In this document: positions 33,162 through 44,220 of the stretch, piece after piece | Layout of the letters: every line of letters starts with the position of its first letter | Position numbering within the stretch: position 1 is the first letter of the stretch | Assembly (NCBI GenBank): GCA_964188305.1 | Contig: OZ076898.1 | Length of the DNA: 64,000 nucleotides | Source of the DNA: Podarcis bocagei | Taxonomy: Eukaryota | Reading direction: 5' to 3' (one strand) | Program-made: the position numbers and the translations under genes | The notes under the pieces: generated by a model | What the model was told of the DNA's origin: nothing | The model's input: only the letters and a program-made list of their open reading frames with translations | The model's database searches: none

Positions 33162-35283
33162 TTTTTTTTTTTCAACGTGACCAATGGTCGGATTTTATTT
33201 ATAAGAATACTTACATACCACTGTATCATTAAAAATATATCCCGGCGGTTTACAACAACTGTTTCCTAGTATTTTGAGAAGCTCGTATTTCTGTGCCTAC
33301 TCTCTTCAGACCACCAATAATTTTACAAACCTATTTATAGCACACACACACCCAACTTCTTGGGAGGAAATGTGCTCTGACACACATCACCGGCTGCTTT
33401 GACTTCCTCGTGCGGTGCTTCCCTCCAGCTCTGATGCGCCTTCTTTTTTTAAAAAAAAATATTTTTATTGCATTTTTTCCAGATAGATTTGAACAGCACA
33501 GAAAAACAGAGAAAACAAGAAAAGAAAAGAAAAAAGACAGATTATTAACAAAGCTTGTTTCAATCCATCATCGGACTTCCCCACATCTCCCGAACAATGC
33601 ATTCTCAAATAATGTATTTATCAGCAAATTATAACCTTGTTTCATATGTTTCTTTTGTACTTTCGATTGCATATTAAGTTTAAATTACTTATTGTCCAAA
33701 TTATTCAATAAACACATATGTTATCCTTTTTTAAAGTTTAAACATTGGTTCTTTCATTATTATTATCTAATTTCATATATATACCACTCTCATTGCTGGG
33801 GCTATCCTTCCAAATCGTACGAAATCCTATAGTTCATATAACTTATATAGTTTTTGCAAATAGTCTTTAAATTTCTTCCAGTCCTCCTCCATTGCTTCTT
33901 CTCCCAGATCTCGGATCTTGGCAGTCATCTCGGCCAACTCCATATAGTCAATCAATTGCGTTTGCCACTCTTCCAGTGTGGGTAAATCTTGAGTCTTCCA
34001 ATATTTGGCAATAAGAATTCTTGCTGCTGTGGTTGCATACATAAAAAACGTTCTGTCCTTCTTTAACACCTTTTGGCCCATAATGCCCAAGAGGAAGGCC
34101 TCCGGTTTCTTAGGAAAGGTGTATTTAAACACATTTTTTAACTCATTATAAATCATTTCCCAGAAGGCCTTCATTCTTGGACAGGTCCACCAAAGGTGAA
34201 AGAATGTTCCTTCAGCCTCCTTACACTTCCAACATTTGTTGTCAGACAAATGGTATATCTTAGCAAGCTTGACTGGGGTCATGTACCACCTGTATATCAT
34301 TTTCATAATGTTTTCTTTCAAGGCATTACATGCCGTAAATTTCATACCGGTGGTCCATAACCTTTCCCAGTCTTCAAACATGATATTGTACCCAATGTCT
34401 TGAGCCCACTTTATCATGGCTGATTTAACTGTCTCATCCTGTGTATTCCATTTAAGCAGCAAGTTATACATTCTCGATAATACCTTAGTCTTAGGTTCTA
34501 ACAACTCTGTCTCAAGTTTCGATTTTTCCACCTGGAATCCTATTTTTTTATCCAACTTAACAACCTCATTAATTTGGGCATAATGGAACCAATCTTGCAC
34601 CTTGTCCTTTAATTTTTCAAAGCTCTGCAACCTCCAATTATCTCCAATATTTTCTATTATTTCCCAATATTTCGGCCAGACGGCCTCCATATTGGGTTTT
34701 TTACGTGCCTTGGCCTCTATTGGTGATAGCCACCTCGGAGTCTTACTTTCAAGTAAGTCTTTATATTTCATCCAGACCGTAAAAATTGCTTTCCTGACAA
34801 TATGGCTTTTAAACATTCCATGTGTTTTTACCTTGCCGTACCACAAATACGCATGCCATCCTAGCGAGTTATTGAAACCTTCCAGGTCTAGGACATCTGT
34901 ATTCTCTAGTAAAAACCAATCTTTCAACCAGCAGAAGGCTGCTGCTTCGTAGTATAACCTTAAGTCTGGCAGGGCAAACCCCCCTCTTTCTTTTGCATCA
35001 GTTAGTATTTTAAACTTTATTCGGGGCTTTTTGCCCTGCCAGACAAACTTTGAAATATCCCTCTGCCACTTTCTAAAACATTCCACTCTGTCCACGACCT
35101 GCAAGGTTTGAAACAAAAACAACATTTTTGGCAAAACGTTCATCTTTACAGCAGCAATTCGGCCCAGCAAGGAAAGCTTCAATCTTGACCAGGTTTCTAA
35201 GTCTTTCTTAACTTCTGACCAACATTTTTCATAATTGTCTTTAAACAAATTCAAATTTTTAGGCGTCAAGTTTACCCCCAGGT
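33162..35283 (-). mobile_element. 5'-truncated L1-clade LINE plus 3'-transduced segment, 18-19-bp TSD
   Basis: ATGGTGCATGGAGGTTCC at 33144-33161 and 35284-35301; poly(T) at 33162-33172; L1's own A-rich end near 33444-33470. Confidence 0.9.
33827..35269 (-). CDS. L1 ORF2 C-terminal portion (post-RT region and CCHC zinc knuckle); truncated, non-functional copy
   Basis: LSLLGRIAAVKMNVLPK, GGFALPDLRLYY and CWKCKEAEGTFFHLWWTC; 480 codons open, suggesting a young insertion. Confidence 0.88.
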   Translation of the reverse strand: MTPKNLNLFKDNYEKCWSEVKKDLETWSRLKLSLLGRIAAVKMNVLPKMLFLFQTLQVVDRVECFRKWQRDISKFVWQGKKPRIKFKILTDAKERGGFALPDLRLYYEAAAFCWLKDWFLLENTDVLDLEGFNNSLGWHAYLWYGKVKTHGMFKSHIVRKAIFTVWMKYKDLLESKTPRWLSPIEAKARKKPNMEAVWPKYWEIIENIGDNWRLQSFEKLKDKVQDWFHYAQINEVVKLDKKIGFQVEKSKLETELLEPKTKVLSRMYNLLLKWNTQDETVKSAMIKWAQDIGYNIMFEDWERLWTTGMKFTACNALKENIMKMIYRWYMTPVKLAKIYHLSDNKCWKCKEAEGTFFHLWWTCPRMKAFWEMIYNELKNVFKYTFPKKPEAFLLGIMGQKVLKKDRTFFMYATTAARILIAKYWKTQDLPTLEEWQTQLIDYMELAEMTAKIRDLGEEAMEEDWKKFKDYLQKLYKLYEL

Positions 35284-35631
35284 ATGGTGCATGGAGGTTC
35301 CTGACCTGTAAAAGACACCAGGAGGTATTTACAGATTAGGCCTCCTGGGGTTTGCCCGTTCTTGATACATGAGGATAGAAACCCTTTAGCAGGCATCAAT
35401 TCACTTGGGTTACGTGGAAGGCTATTGCGGCCTGTGGCTTGCCAGCCTTGGAATTTGCTGCCCATTCTTTCTTGATTGGCATCACTATGATGGCAGTTCA
35501 TTGGGGCCTTTCAGTGGACAGGATAAAAAACTTGGGCTGGTGGAAGTCCAATGCCTATAAGGGATACATCCAGAAAAGCAAGTAGCATGTTGTCCACCTC
35601 CTAACATGTTTTGTCTTTTCCTTTTTTTCAG

Positions 35632-36479
35632 TGCTGCCAGAATTGCACATGTGGATCATGGGTCACAGCATCGTGCACTGGGCCAGTGTGCAAGCAGTGG
35701 AGACTGGCTTTGGGTGCCAACTTGGCTTACCTGCTCAAGTTAAGATTTCCTGGGTGTCCAGATGTGAGATGCACTGGAATGAAGTTTTACCACTAGTGAA
35801 GGCTCGGGTGACCACTGTTAGGATATTTCCGTTCCACCTTAAAAGGGGACAGGCTGTTGTGAGTCACAGCCTGCCTATTTCCTGTTCACAGGATGTTTCT
35901 GTTTTGTATATAGCTGTTGTTTTTCTCTCTGTGCCTTGACACGCAGGCAGGCAGTCATGTTTTTCTTTGTTCTGACCAACGCTGAATAATTGACTGATAC
36001 TGCGCTTCTACGGGAGATTGATGGATCGTCCGGAGGCGACGTGGGGGCATGATGGCCTTTGTCTCCCTGGCAGTATCCCAACAACCACTTGGGGCCCACG
36101 TTCTGCATTGGTTGTGCAGCTGGGTGAAAATGGCTTGCCACTGCTGAAGGGCATGGACTTGAGGACTTGCATTAAGAAGGACTTGGAGGAGCTGGCAGCA
36201 GTGCTCCCAGATACCACAATATTTTGGTCACAGTTCCTGGTGCGTCAGGTTTGACACAATAGTTCATGCCCAGCTGCCACCAACAGAACCAGGAAGCATG
36301 TTAACCCTGAGGTGTCAAACAAGGTGTTGGTGCTGGGTAGCAGAGTGATTTGCCACCCTGGTATTACCTTCAGTGATAGAGCCCTGTTTCGGGCTGATAG
36401 TATGCATCTTTCTGATGGCGGAAATGATGTGTGGATGGACGAGATCGTTAGAGGTTTGAAGGATTGGTTACAGGTATGA
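35632..36479 (+). pseudogene. SGNH/GDSL hydrolase pseudogene of the Ngaro-type element (split by solo LTR)
   Basis: WIMGHSIVHW (block I), VVQLGENG (block III) and LFRADSMHLS (block V); reading frame rejoins when 35816-36088 is removed. Confidence 0.75.
35816..36083. mobile_element. Solo LTR, 268 bp, 5-bp TSD
   Basis: Termini TGTTAGGATA...TATCCCAACA (9 of 10 inverted match); ACCAC at 35811-35815 and 36084-36088. Confidence 0.85.
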
Positions 36480-38109
36480 GGGTATTGGCAGCAAGTGTGG
36501 GGCTCGTGTGGCAGTTAGGCATTGGCTTATTGTGATGTGGCGGAAGGGAGGTGTGGCCATCATCATATACTGGAATACAAGTGTATTGCAGTAAGAGAAT
36601 CTGTGGGTCTAGATCTCATCCGAAATCCGCTTGAAGGGTTAGGGCCATGCCAGGACCCAGCAGGTACCCCAGAGTGAGCTTCAGTTGGTTGCCATCGATA
36701 GTGCTCCTTCCTTTGGTTGTTTACCCTTCCAGACTTCCTGCAAGGTGGGCAGGAGTCAGATATAGTTATTGCCAATGTCTAAGCGAATACCACTCACATT
36801 GCTGTAATCAATAAAGTTTTGCCCTAAAGTTTTGCCCATTAACCTTAAACTAAAGTTCTGTTTCAGTGTGTATTTATTTATCCCTGGGGATGCTCTGGGG
36901 TCTTGATGTGCTATTGGGATTAAATGGAAGCCTGAAGATAACTTCCTTTTGAGTTCCTAGCAGAACTGGCCATTACTGGATTATCCTTTGTAAGCAGCAG
37001 TGTGAGTGAGCAGAGCTCAAGTGTATGCCAGCACCCCATTACGCTATCCACTACTGGCTGATGTCTATGTTTGAGCAGGCCATGTACCTGTCAATCACCT
37101 GATCTTTTAATTTAAATTATGCTGTGAGAGTTTCCAGTAGGGAACAGACAGACACAACTAAAGAAAGCCTTTCAGGTGCAGGCTTCTTAACTCCTGCTAA
37201 GCAGCAGTGATGAAATTGAGTGGAGGTCAATTGAGAGCCACTGCACTACTATAATGTCTATTACTGCCATTGGGTGCACCCAGTTTCCCAACCTTCGTAT
37301 GTAAGCTCTAATGCACATGATGGAAGAGCATACTTCATATGAAGGGCAATCTAAGCTCCTTCAGCTGAACACTTATGGAAGCTCAAAATAGAAGTTCATG
37401 ATCAGAAAGCAGAAGTAGAAGTTCATGATCAGAAAGAATTTGCCAGTGTTGGGGGAGAGGACAATAAAAATAGTTGTGATGTTACGTATATGAAATTTAG
37501 GTATGCATGACAAGAAAAAAAATGAAAAAGTATCCTTGCATACTAGAAGTCAATTAATTTTTGGAGCCCGTTTCATCTTCTTTGTACAATATTGTGCCTC
37601 AAGGGGCATCCTTCAGCAAATATAAATTAATTCAAGTGGCACCAACATGGGGAGAGCACAAACTTCCCTGGAGCAAAGATTCTCAAGAGATTTTGCAATG
37701 ACATCTTTGTTTGCATATCTGAGAACAAGTAAATCTGGGGAATGCAGTTTGCTGATATTATACTGGTGTGTGTGTTTTGGATTTTTGTTGTCCATGAAAC
37801 ATTGCCACTTCTTTTCATTTACACATTGTGTACATTTCACTGGCAGAAATGAGTGAATGAGACAACCTTAGCATACAAGGATTGGGTGGAAATACTCTGA
37901 TGCGATATCACTATTCTCCTGTTCGTCTTGCTTTTCACATATATTGAGGAGCAACTGGGGCAGAACTGGGCTGGCTAGGTTGAGTTTTTCATCTGCTCAG
38001 CTCCCTTTGTGTCCTTCGCTTTCTGGATTGATCCAGCAGGCTCTTATATTCTTATGCATATTAAAAGAACTAGTAGGGAAATGGACAACATTTGTTTTGC
38101 ACAGCACCA

Positions 38110-38264
38110 TGGGACTGGTATGTTCTCCAAAGAGAGAACCAGAAATAGCACAGGAAAGGAGGATGACATCACCTTCTCCACCTCCTCCTGACAAGCCATG
38201 TACCTTCAAATAAATATCACATCAAGCACATTGGCACTCTAATCTGAGAGAAACAGTGGTGAGT
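38110..38264 (+). promoter_or_regulatory. Putative promoter and first exon of OR14 'B' gene (O/E-like TTCTCCAAAGAGAG, AT-rich box, donor GTGAGT at 38259)
   Basis: Conserved in the duplicate at 50120-50268 (TCTCCCAAGAGAG; donor at 50263); acceptors CTGCAG at 39821 and 51243. Confidence 0.6.
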
Positions 38265-39822
38265 ATAATCCTTATTGATCTCTTTAAAGAGAATGAAGGG
38301 ACTCAAGGATGCTCGAGCTTTCAATTCTGAAAAGATTGCAAAATGACTGATGTAGTAGTTGGTGTAAAGTGGACTTCTTATTTTTTTTTAAGTATCATTT
38401 CTTTTATATATAGGAGAAGGCAACAGAAAACTTGGAAAAACTGTGCAGAGATATATTTCACACTGGAATATGGACAACTGACATTTGACAACTGACAAGA
38501 AATATGATAATAGAGTAAGTTCAAGTGCTACCATAACTCTTTCTTGTTCACAGCAACAATGGTGGTAAGCAGATACTCCGGAATTCTTCAGTAACTATGG
38601 CATTTCCAACAATGGGAAGCTTTTAATGATTCAGGGTGCAGTCTTTATCTTGTCAGCTCATTAGATTGGCTGGTTAAACAAATTACCTACTGCATATGAC
38701 AGAAATTAATTGAGAGATGGATGCTTCTGGGTTATCTTTTCCAAAAAAATTAAATGAAATAAATTATAATATATGGTAATACGATCACTAGAATAGAAAT
38801 TACTTATCCAAATGGAATTTGTCTTGTCTTTTTTGAATAGGATAGAAATTAATATGATTCTGCCTGCACATTGAGAAGTATAGCCATTTTTGGAGTGTTT
38901 CCATGGGCCATGTTACTAGAAATAAATAAAATAAAGTTTTGGATTTTTTTCAATTCTCCTTGCAGGTTGTTGAAATCTTTGATGTTTCAGTATTCTAGCA
39001 ATCAGTCTTCATTGCTAAAACTTAATTCATTCAGGTTGATTCTTCACTGCTCTTAGGTAATATGTGAATTGCTATGCTGTTGTTCAATTGAAAAAAATGG
39101 AGAGCACCTTTCAAAACACATACACTTGGATGATAGTTTGTTGTCATATATTTTTGATGGAAAACCTCCAAATATTTGAGAACTGACAATTTTTTATTCC
39201 AATATACTTGAAGAAAGCTTCCATTTCCATGTTTTACATTACTAAAGTATTTAGCAAGAAATAGAAAAGCCTCACTGAGAATACACATAATACAATCTTT
39301 CAAAATATCCATAGTGATTTCATTTTTTTGTTTTATATGAAATTTCAGATAAACTTTCTAGAATGGTGGTTCCTTTACCCCATCTAGTTAATTCAGTGTG
39401 ATCTCGATCTCTCTCTCCCCCCCCAAAAAAAAATGTTACATGTTTCATAAAAATGGTTTATGTACATTTGATGGCAAAATGGAAGACTTCTGTAAAAACT
39501 GCACCATTTACATCATGTGGCACATGGCTTAGAAAGTATATGTATGTACCCAGTCTCTGTTGCCTTTCCCCCAGTCTTTGAGGGTGGATAAATCATATTA
39601 GCTGAAGATATGTGAGTGCACATACTATCCCCATGAGGCTTCATGTCATATCAGAATGAAAGAACACATCAGCAGTTAATAGTGTGCATACATGGTTCTT
39701 GATGTGGATAAATGTGTTGTTGTGAACTAGCGCAATATCTAAGATGATAATTTAAAAATATTAGAATGTCCAAAAATTGGTAAGCTCCACTAACGCACAA
39801 CTATTTAACTTCTATCTGCAGA

Positions 39823-40776
39823 ATGACGGAAATGAGAGAAATGGCTAACCAATCTACTCCAACAGAGTTCCATCTCATGGGGTTTTCTGAAACTCGTGAT
39901 ATGCAGATTTTGCATTCTGCAATATTTCTCTTCATTTACTTAACAGCCTTAGTAGGAAATTCTCTCATCATCACAGCTGTGGCCCTAGACTGCCACCTTC
40001 ACAGCCCGATGTACTTCTTTTTGATCAACCTGTCATTGCTTGATGTTTGCTCCATTTCCACTACTGTACCCAAATCCATCACCATTTCATTGACAAACAA
40101 CAACATGATTTCTTTTGCCGGATGTGTCACACAGGTCTTCTTAGTGGTCACATTTGTTGGTGGTGAGCTTGCTTTGCTCACTGTTATGGCTTATGACCGT
40201 TTTGTAGCCATCTGTCACCCACTACAATATACCTTAATCATGAATTGGGATGCCTGCATGCAAATGGTAGCTGCTTCCTGGATAAGCAACCTGATTCATG
40301 CAGTATTGGAAACCAGTTTTACTTTCGTGCTAAATTTCTGTGGGACCAATATCATTGGACAATATTTTTGTGACATTCCTCAATTGCAAAAGATTTCTTG
40401 CAGTGATACAAACGTGAATCAAGTTCTGATTTTTGTCCTTGGGTTTTTTATTGACTCTTTTTGTTTTGCATTTATCTTTGCTTCCTATGGCTACATCTTC
40501 TCTGCTGTGCTGAGGATCCCATCAGTCCAAGGCAGATATAAAGCTTTCTCTACCTGCACTCCTCACCTTACTGTCTTTTCTTTATTCATCACCACAGGTG
40601 TGTTTTCATACATGAGACCGAAAGCACTTTCTTCCCCCACAGTGGACTTGGTTTCTGCTGTATTATATACAGTTTTACCACCGGTTCTTAATCCCATTAT
40701 TTATAGCCTCAGGAACAAGGACATCCAGCTGGCAGTCTGGAAAATACCCAGAAAATTAAAACAGCTTGTAGCATGA
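39823..40776 (+). CDS. Olfactory receptor, family 14-like ('B'), 317 aa
   Basis: Motifs LHSPMYFFL, MAYDRFVAICHPLQY, KAFSTCTPHL and PPVLNPIIYSLRN. Confidence 0.95.
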   Translation: MTEMREMANQSTPTEFHLMGFSETRDMQILHSAIFLFIYLTALVGNSLIITAVALDCHLHSPMYFFLINLSLLDVCSISTTVPKSITISLTNNNMISFAGCVTQVFLVVTFVGGELALLTVMAYDRFVAICHPLQYTLIMNWDACMQMVAASWISNLIHAVLETSFTFVLNFCGTNIIGQYFCDIPQLQKISCSDTNVNQVLIFVLGFFIDSFCFAFIFASYGYIFSAVLRIPSVQGRYKAFSTCTPHLTVFSLFITTGVFSYMRPKALSSPTVDLVSAVLYTVLPPVLNPIIYSLRNKDIQLAVWKIPRKLKQLVA

Positions 40777-43198
40777 TTAATCAGTTCCAATTTCTTTTAA
40801 AAAAAATGTTAAACATGGAAACACTAAATGGGAATCTGAGGCCTGCCACGTAAACTTAGATATACCCCTTTATATTTTGAAATAGGACCTTCCTCAATAT
40901 TAACTATTCATCTTTTGTCATTTCCATAGATTTCGTGAGACGTTTTATATGTGTAAGTTCTATTAATTATTTATTTATGGACCACTATTACAACTTGGAG
41001 AGAATTCTAGAGCAATAACTTGCTGTTCTTTAGGTAAACTTTAGACACTTAACAGGGGTTCTGTATTTAAACAAAAAGACAAGAGTTTTTAGGAGTCTAT
41101 CCTCCCAGGAGAGCTACAAATACCATAGTTACCTGGGGAGAGGGATTGATTTTTAAACAATTCATGTATTGTCGAGGTGGGATAAGATGCAACAGAAGCA
41201 TCCCTGGTTTGCAATCCCCCCCCCCCAACCACCCACATACATGCACCATGAATTAACACTCGAACAAGGTTTATTGGAAAATGAAGAAAAATAGGTGTGA
41301 TACAGAATATTTGATTTAGCAAAACAAAATGAAAAGCTACACAGCAAAAGACAATTCGGTTTTTTAATCTCATATCAGATCTTCTTTCATCTCCAGCAGC
41401 TTTATTGGTCACCATTTACAATCAATGGAAAAATAAATTCCTCAAGTAGGACACTGGACTTCACTGGGCATCCTGTACCATAAATGAATAAAATTCAAAG
41501 GGGAAATCTATGGCTTATGGTTTAATAACTAAACCCACACAACATAACAGAAACTTCTCCAGAGCAATGATTCCCAGAAGATTTTACAAGGGGCTTTTTT
41601 TTGGGGGGGGGAGGGAGAAGAAACAAATCTCTGAACTAAAGGTGTATTCTGATGTATTATAGTGATATTTTCGTGATATGTGTGTGTTTTAGATTCTTCT
41701 TGACCATTGATAATGTGACGCCATCTTTCTCCCTTCATACAGTGTGCACCTTTGAATTGTATAAATAAATAAATGACTGAGATAACCACTAGCTTATTAA
41801 AGTTCCCAAATCAGATTAACCATTTACCCATAACTGCTTTACCTTGAGTCTTTTTTAAGAGTGTGATGGCAAATCCCCCATTTCCCTCCTTTCACATACA
41901 TTGAGGAGGAACTGGGGCAGAAGTGAGCTAGCTAGGATGAAGACCATTCATCCTCTTCCTCCTCCCATCCCATCCATCTTCCTCTGTGTGCTTTGCTTTC
42001 TGGTGACAGAATTGCATCCATACCTCACCAAGGTAATGGACAGCATGATGGATACTTTTCTCAGTATGGTTACAGAACAAAGCAAAATTGATCCATGCAA
42101 TTAAGATGGTGCTCCCGCGAAAACAAGATGGCGCTCCTGCCAAAAGACCCGGCACCCCTACAAGAAGAAGATGCAAAATGACAGTCGGGTCACTTTGTGG
42201 GGGGGCAGGTTTCCAGCCCAGAGCAATTCCCCACAGACCGTAAGCAGAATAAAAGGCAACCGCTCAAAGAGGGGACTCTCTGCACTAAAAATGAAATCAA
42301 CTTGAATTTCTAAGCCCCAATGCTGCAGCCGCAGCCAGAGAATGAGCGAAGCCATCTGGCTGAACAGAGGCAGCGGCAAGCTCAGAGCTCAAGGGGCCGA
42401 AGCCCCATGAGGCAGAAAGCCTCTCAAGGGGAAAAGGGAAAGGCAAGGCAAGGAGGGGAAAAATGAGTAAAGGAGAAACTGGGGGAAAAGGGGGGGAGAG
42501 AAACAGATTCAACAAGCAGATCATCAAAGTAGATTGTGCTCTCTCTCGGCTTGCAGCGGACACGTTGCTGGTGTTCCGATGCACGCACCAAAAGAGGAAG
42601 CTCTGGGTCATGTGTATAGGTATATATAGGTCCCTTGATCCGTTTAGCCTGTATCCCATTGGCCTGATTGAACCCTGCATCAAAGGACCTACCACTTGGG
42701 TGTTGTGCTGTCCAAACATACCCACCCACAACACAGGGTTAGGTTGCCAGGTCCCACCGCAACACATACCCTCTTTAAGGGAGGACCCGATTTACATTCC
42801 ATTGTCCTCCAGCCGAAACAGTTCTTGCCAGGAATTACACAGCAATCTGGCACAGTCCAGAACACACTCTGAGGACAGTTCAACACAGTCCAGGGACACA
42901 GTCTGGGCCCATCACCATTTTGAGCATTAAATGCCCATTTGCAAATAAAGAACTCAGTCCTTTACAGCAGAATGCAGCAGAAGCAATTGTGGTTGGAATA
43001 GTAACATCAAAGGTTTTATTTATAAAGCAAATAACGAAACAACAAGACGACTCTCACATCCATCTTCCTCAGCAGAGGAGCACAGCAGAGATAATCAACA
43101 TTCCACAGTGCAAATATACAAAATATGACATATTTTAGGCAGTAGTGTAGAAGTTATGGGTGCCCTCCCAGATGGAAAATTAATCGGAGTGTCTGGCT

Positions 43199-43342
43199 CA
43201 AATGTTAATTGCTTCCTGGATATGGAATCCAGTTTTAGTTTCATGCTAATTTTTTGGGGGATCGAAGTCATAGGACAATATTTTTGTGACCTTCCTCAGG
43301 TAAAAAAGATTTTTTGCAGTGATACATAGGTTAATCAAGTTC
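43199..43342 (+). pseudogene. Decayed OR14 'B'-type internal fragment (TM4-ECL2)
   Basis: VIGQYFCDLPQVKKIFCSDT*VNQV aligns to 40261-40426 with a deletion; TAG at 43327. Confidence 0.8.
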
Positions 43343-44220
43343 AACACTCTAACCGCCACAATATATACAATACTTTATTATAATAAAGACAATTGCACTC
43401 CTTGTTGAGTAAATCAGGACCTGCAAATCATTATGGTGAGGTTCTCCAAGGAGTGATTCTCTGAAGCACTACAGAAATTTAAATATCTTCTCCATGGACC
43501 TATTGTCTGAAACACTACAGACAGCAGAGAAGCTATTCCTCCTTCTCATAATATATATATCTTCTACTAAAGACTACACTCCAACATCTAGGCATTTCCT
43601 TCTTCCAGAGAATGATGAGGTAAGTAGCATCCGATTTGTTCAACCTCAGAGGAGACTAGGCCTTGAAAGGTGCTCATATTTCAGTTCTGAAAAGACCTCA
43701 AAATGTTTAATACAGCAGTAAGGTTAATGCAGACATGATTATTCTATGATAAAAATAGATTACATTTATAGGTAAGAGAAGATAATAATGTGGTGTTTCA
43801 AAATTCTGGAGATTGGGTTTAAACCCTCAGCTCTTATCAAAGCAACATAATATTTCATTGGTTGTTCTTATAAGCTACAGTTAACGGTTGATTCTACTTT
43901 CTCATTATTGATTCAGCATGTAACCAAGATGGGTCTTTCTTGAGATGCTCTCTATGTTCCCTTGCAACTCTAAAATTCTATGAGTACTGGGGACAATCAA
44001 TAGTATCAGTTGAATGTTTACTGCTGGCATCACCCATTACATCATATTGACATAGGAGGGAAACCCCACATACAATTGCCTGCATATTCCCTCTACCAAC
44101 AGACTTTCATTAACTCTGTTCTAATCTTAGGTGCCACAACACTTCTGCTGGTGTTGCTGAAACAAAATAACAGAGCTACTTTTCTAGAACTTTTTAAAAG
44201 AAATATTTCAAAGAATTAAG

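Larger units (their letters stand above)
32545..35585 (+). pseudogene. Tyrosine recombinase pseudogene of the retroelement (split by L1 at 33162-35283)
   Basis: SLAPSTFKSYKKAW...LRPVTFDLL...RSKTDQRGK, then after the L1: PVKDTRRYLQIRP...FAAHSFLIG...IKNLGWWKSNAYKGYI (degenerate HSFRIG / GRWxSxxYxxY); stops and frameshifts present. Confidence 0.8.
32270..36915 (+). mobile_element. Relic tyrosine-recombinase retrotransposon (Ngaro/DIRS group), internally deleted, with nested insertions
   Basis: In order: RNase-H C-terminal remnant SLSRFQMDHFRSLA...YLWSLG (about 32460-32560), tyrosine recombinase remnant, SGNH hydrolase remnant, then a 3' region with AATAAA at 36810. Boundaries are approximate. 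Confidence 0.8.
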
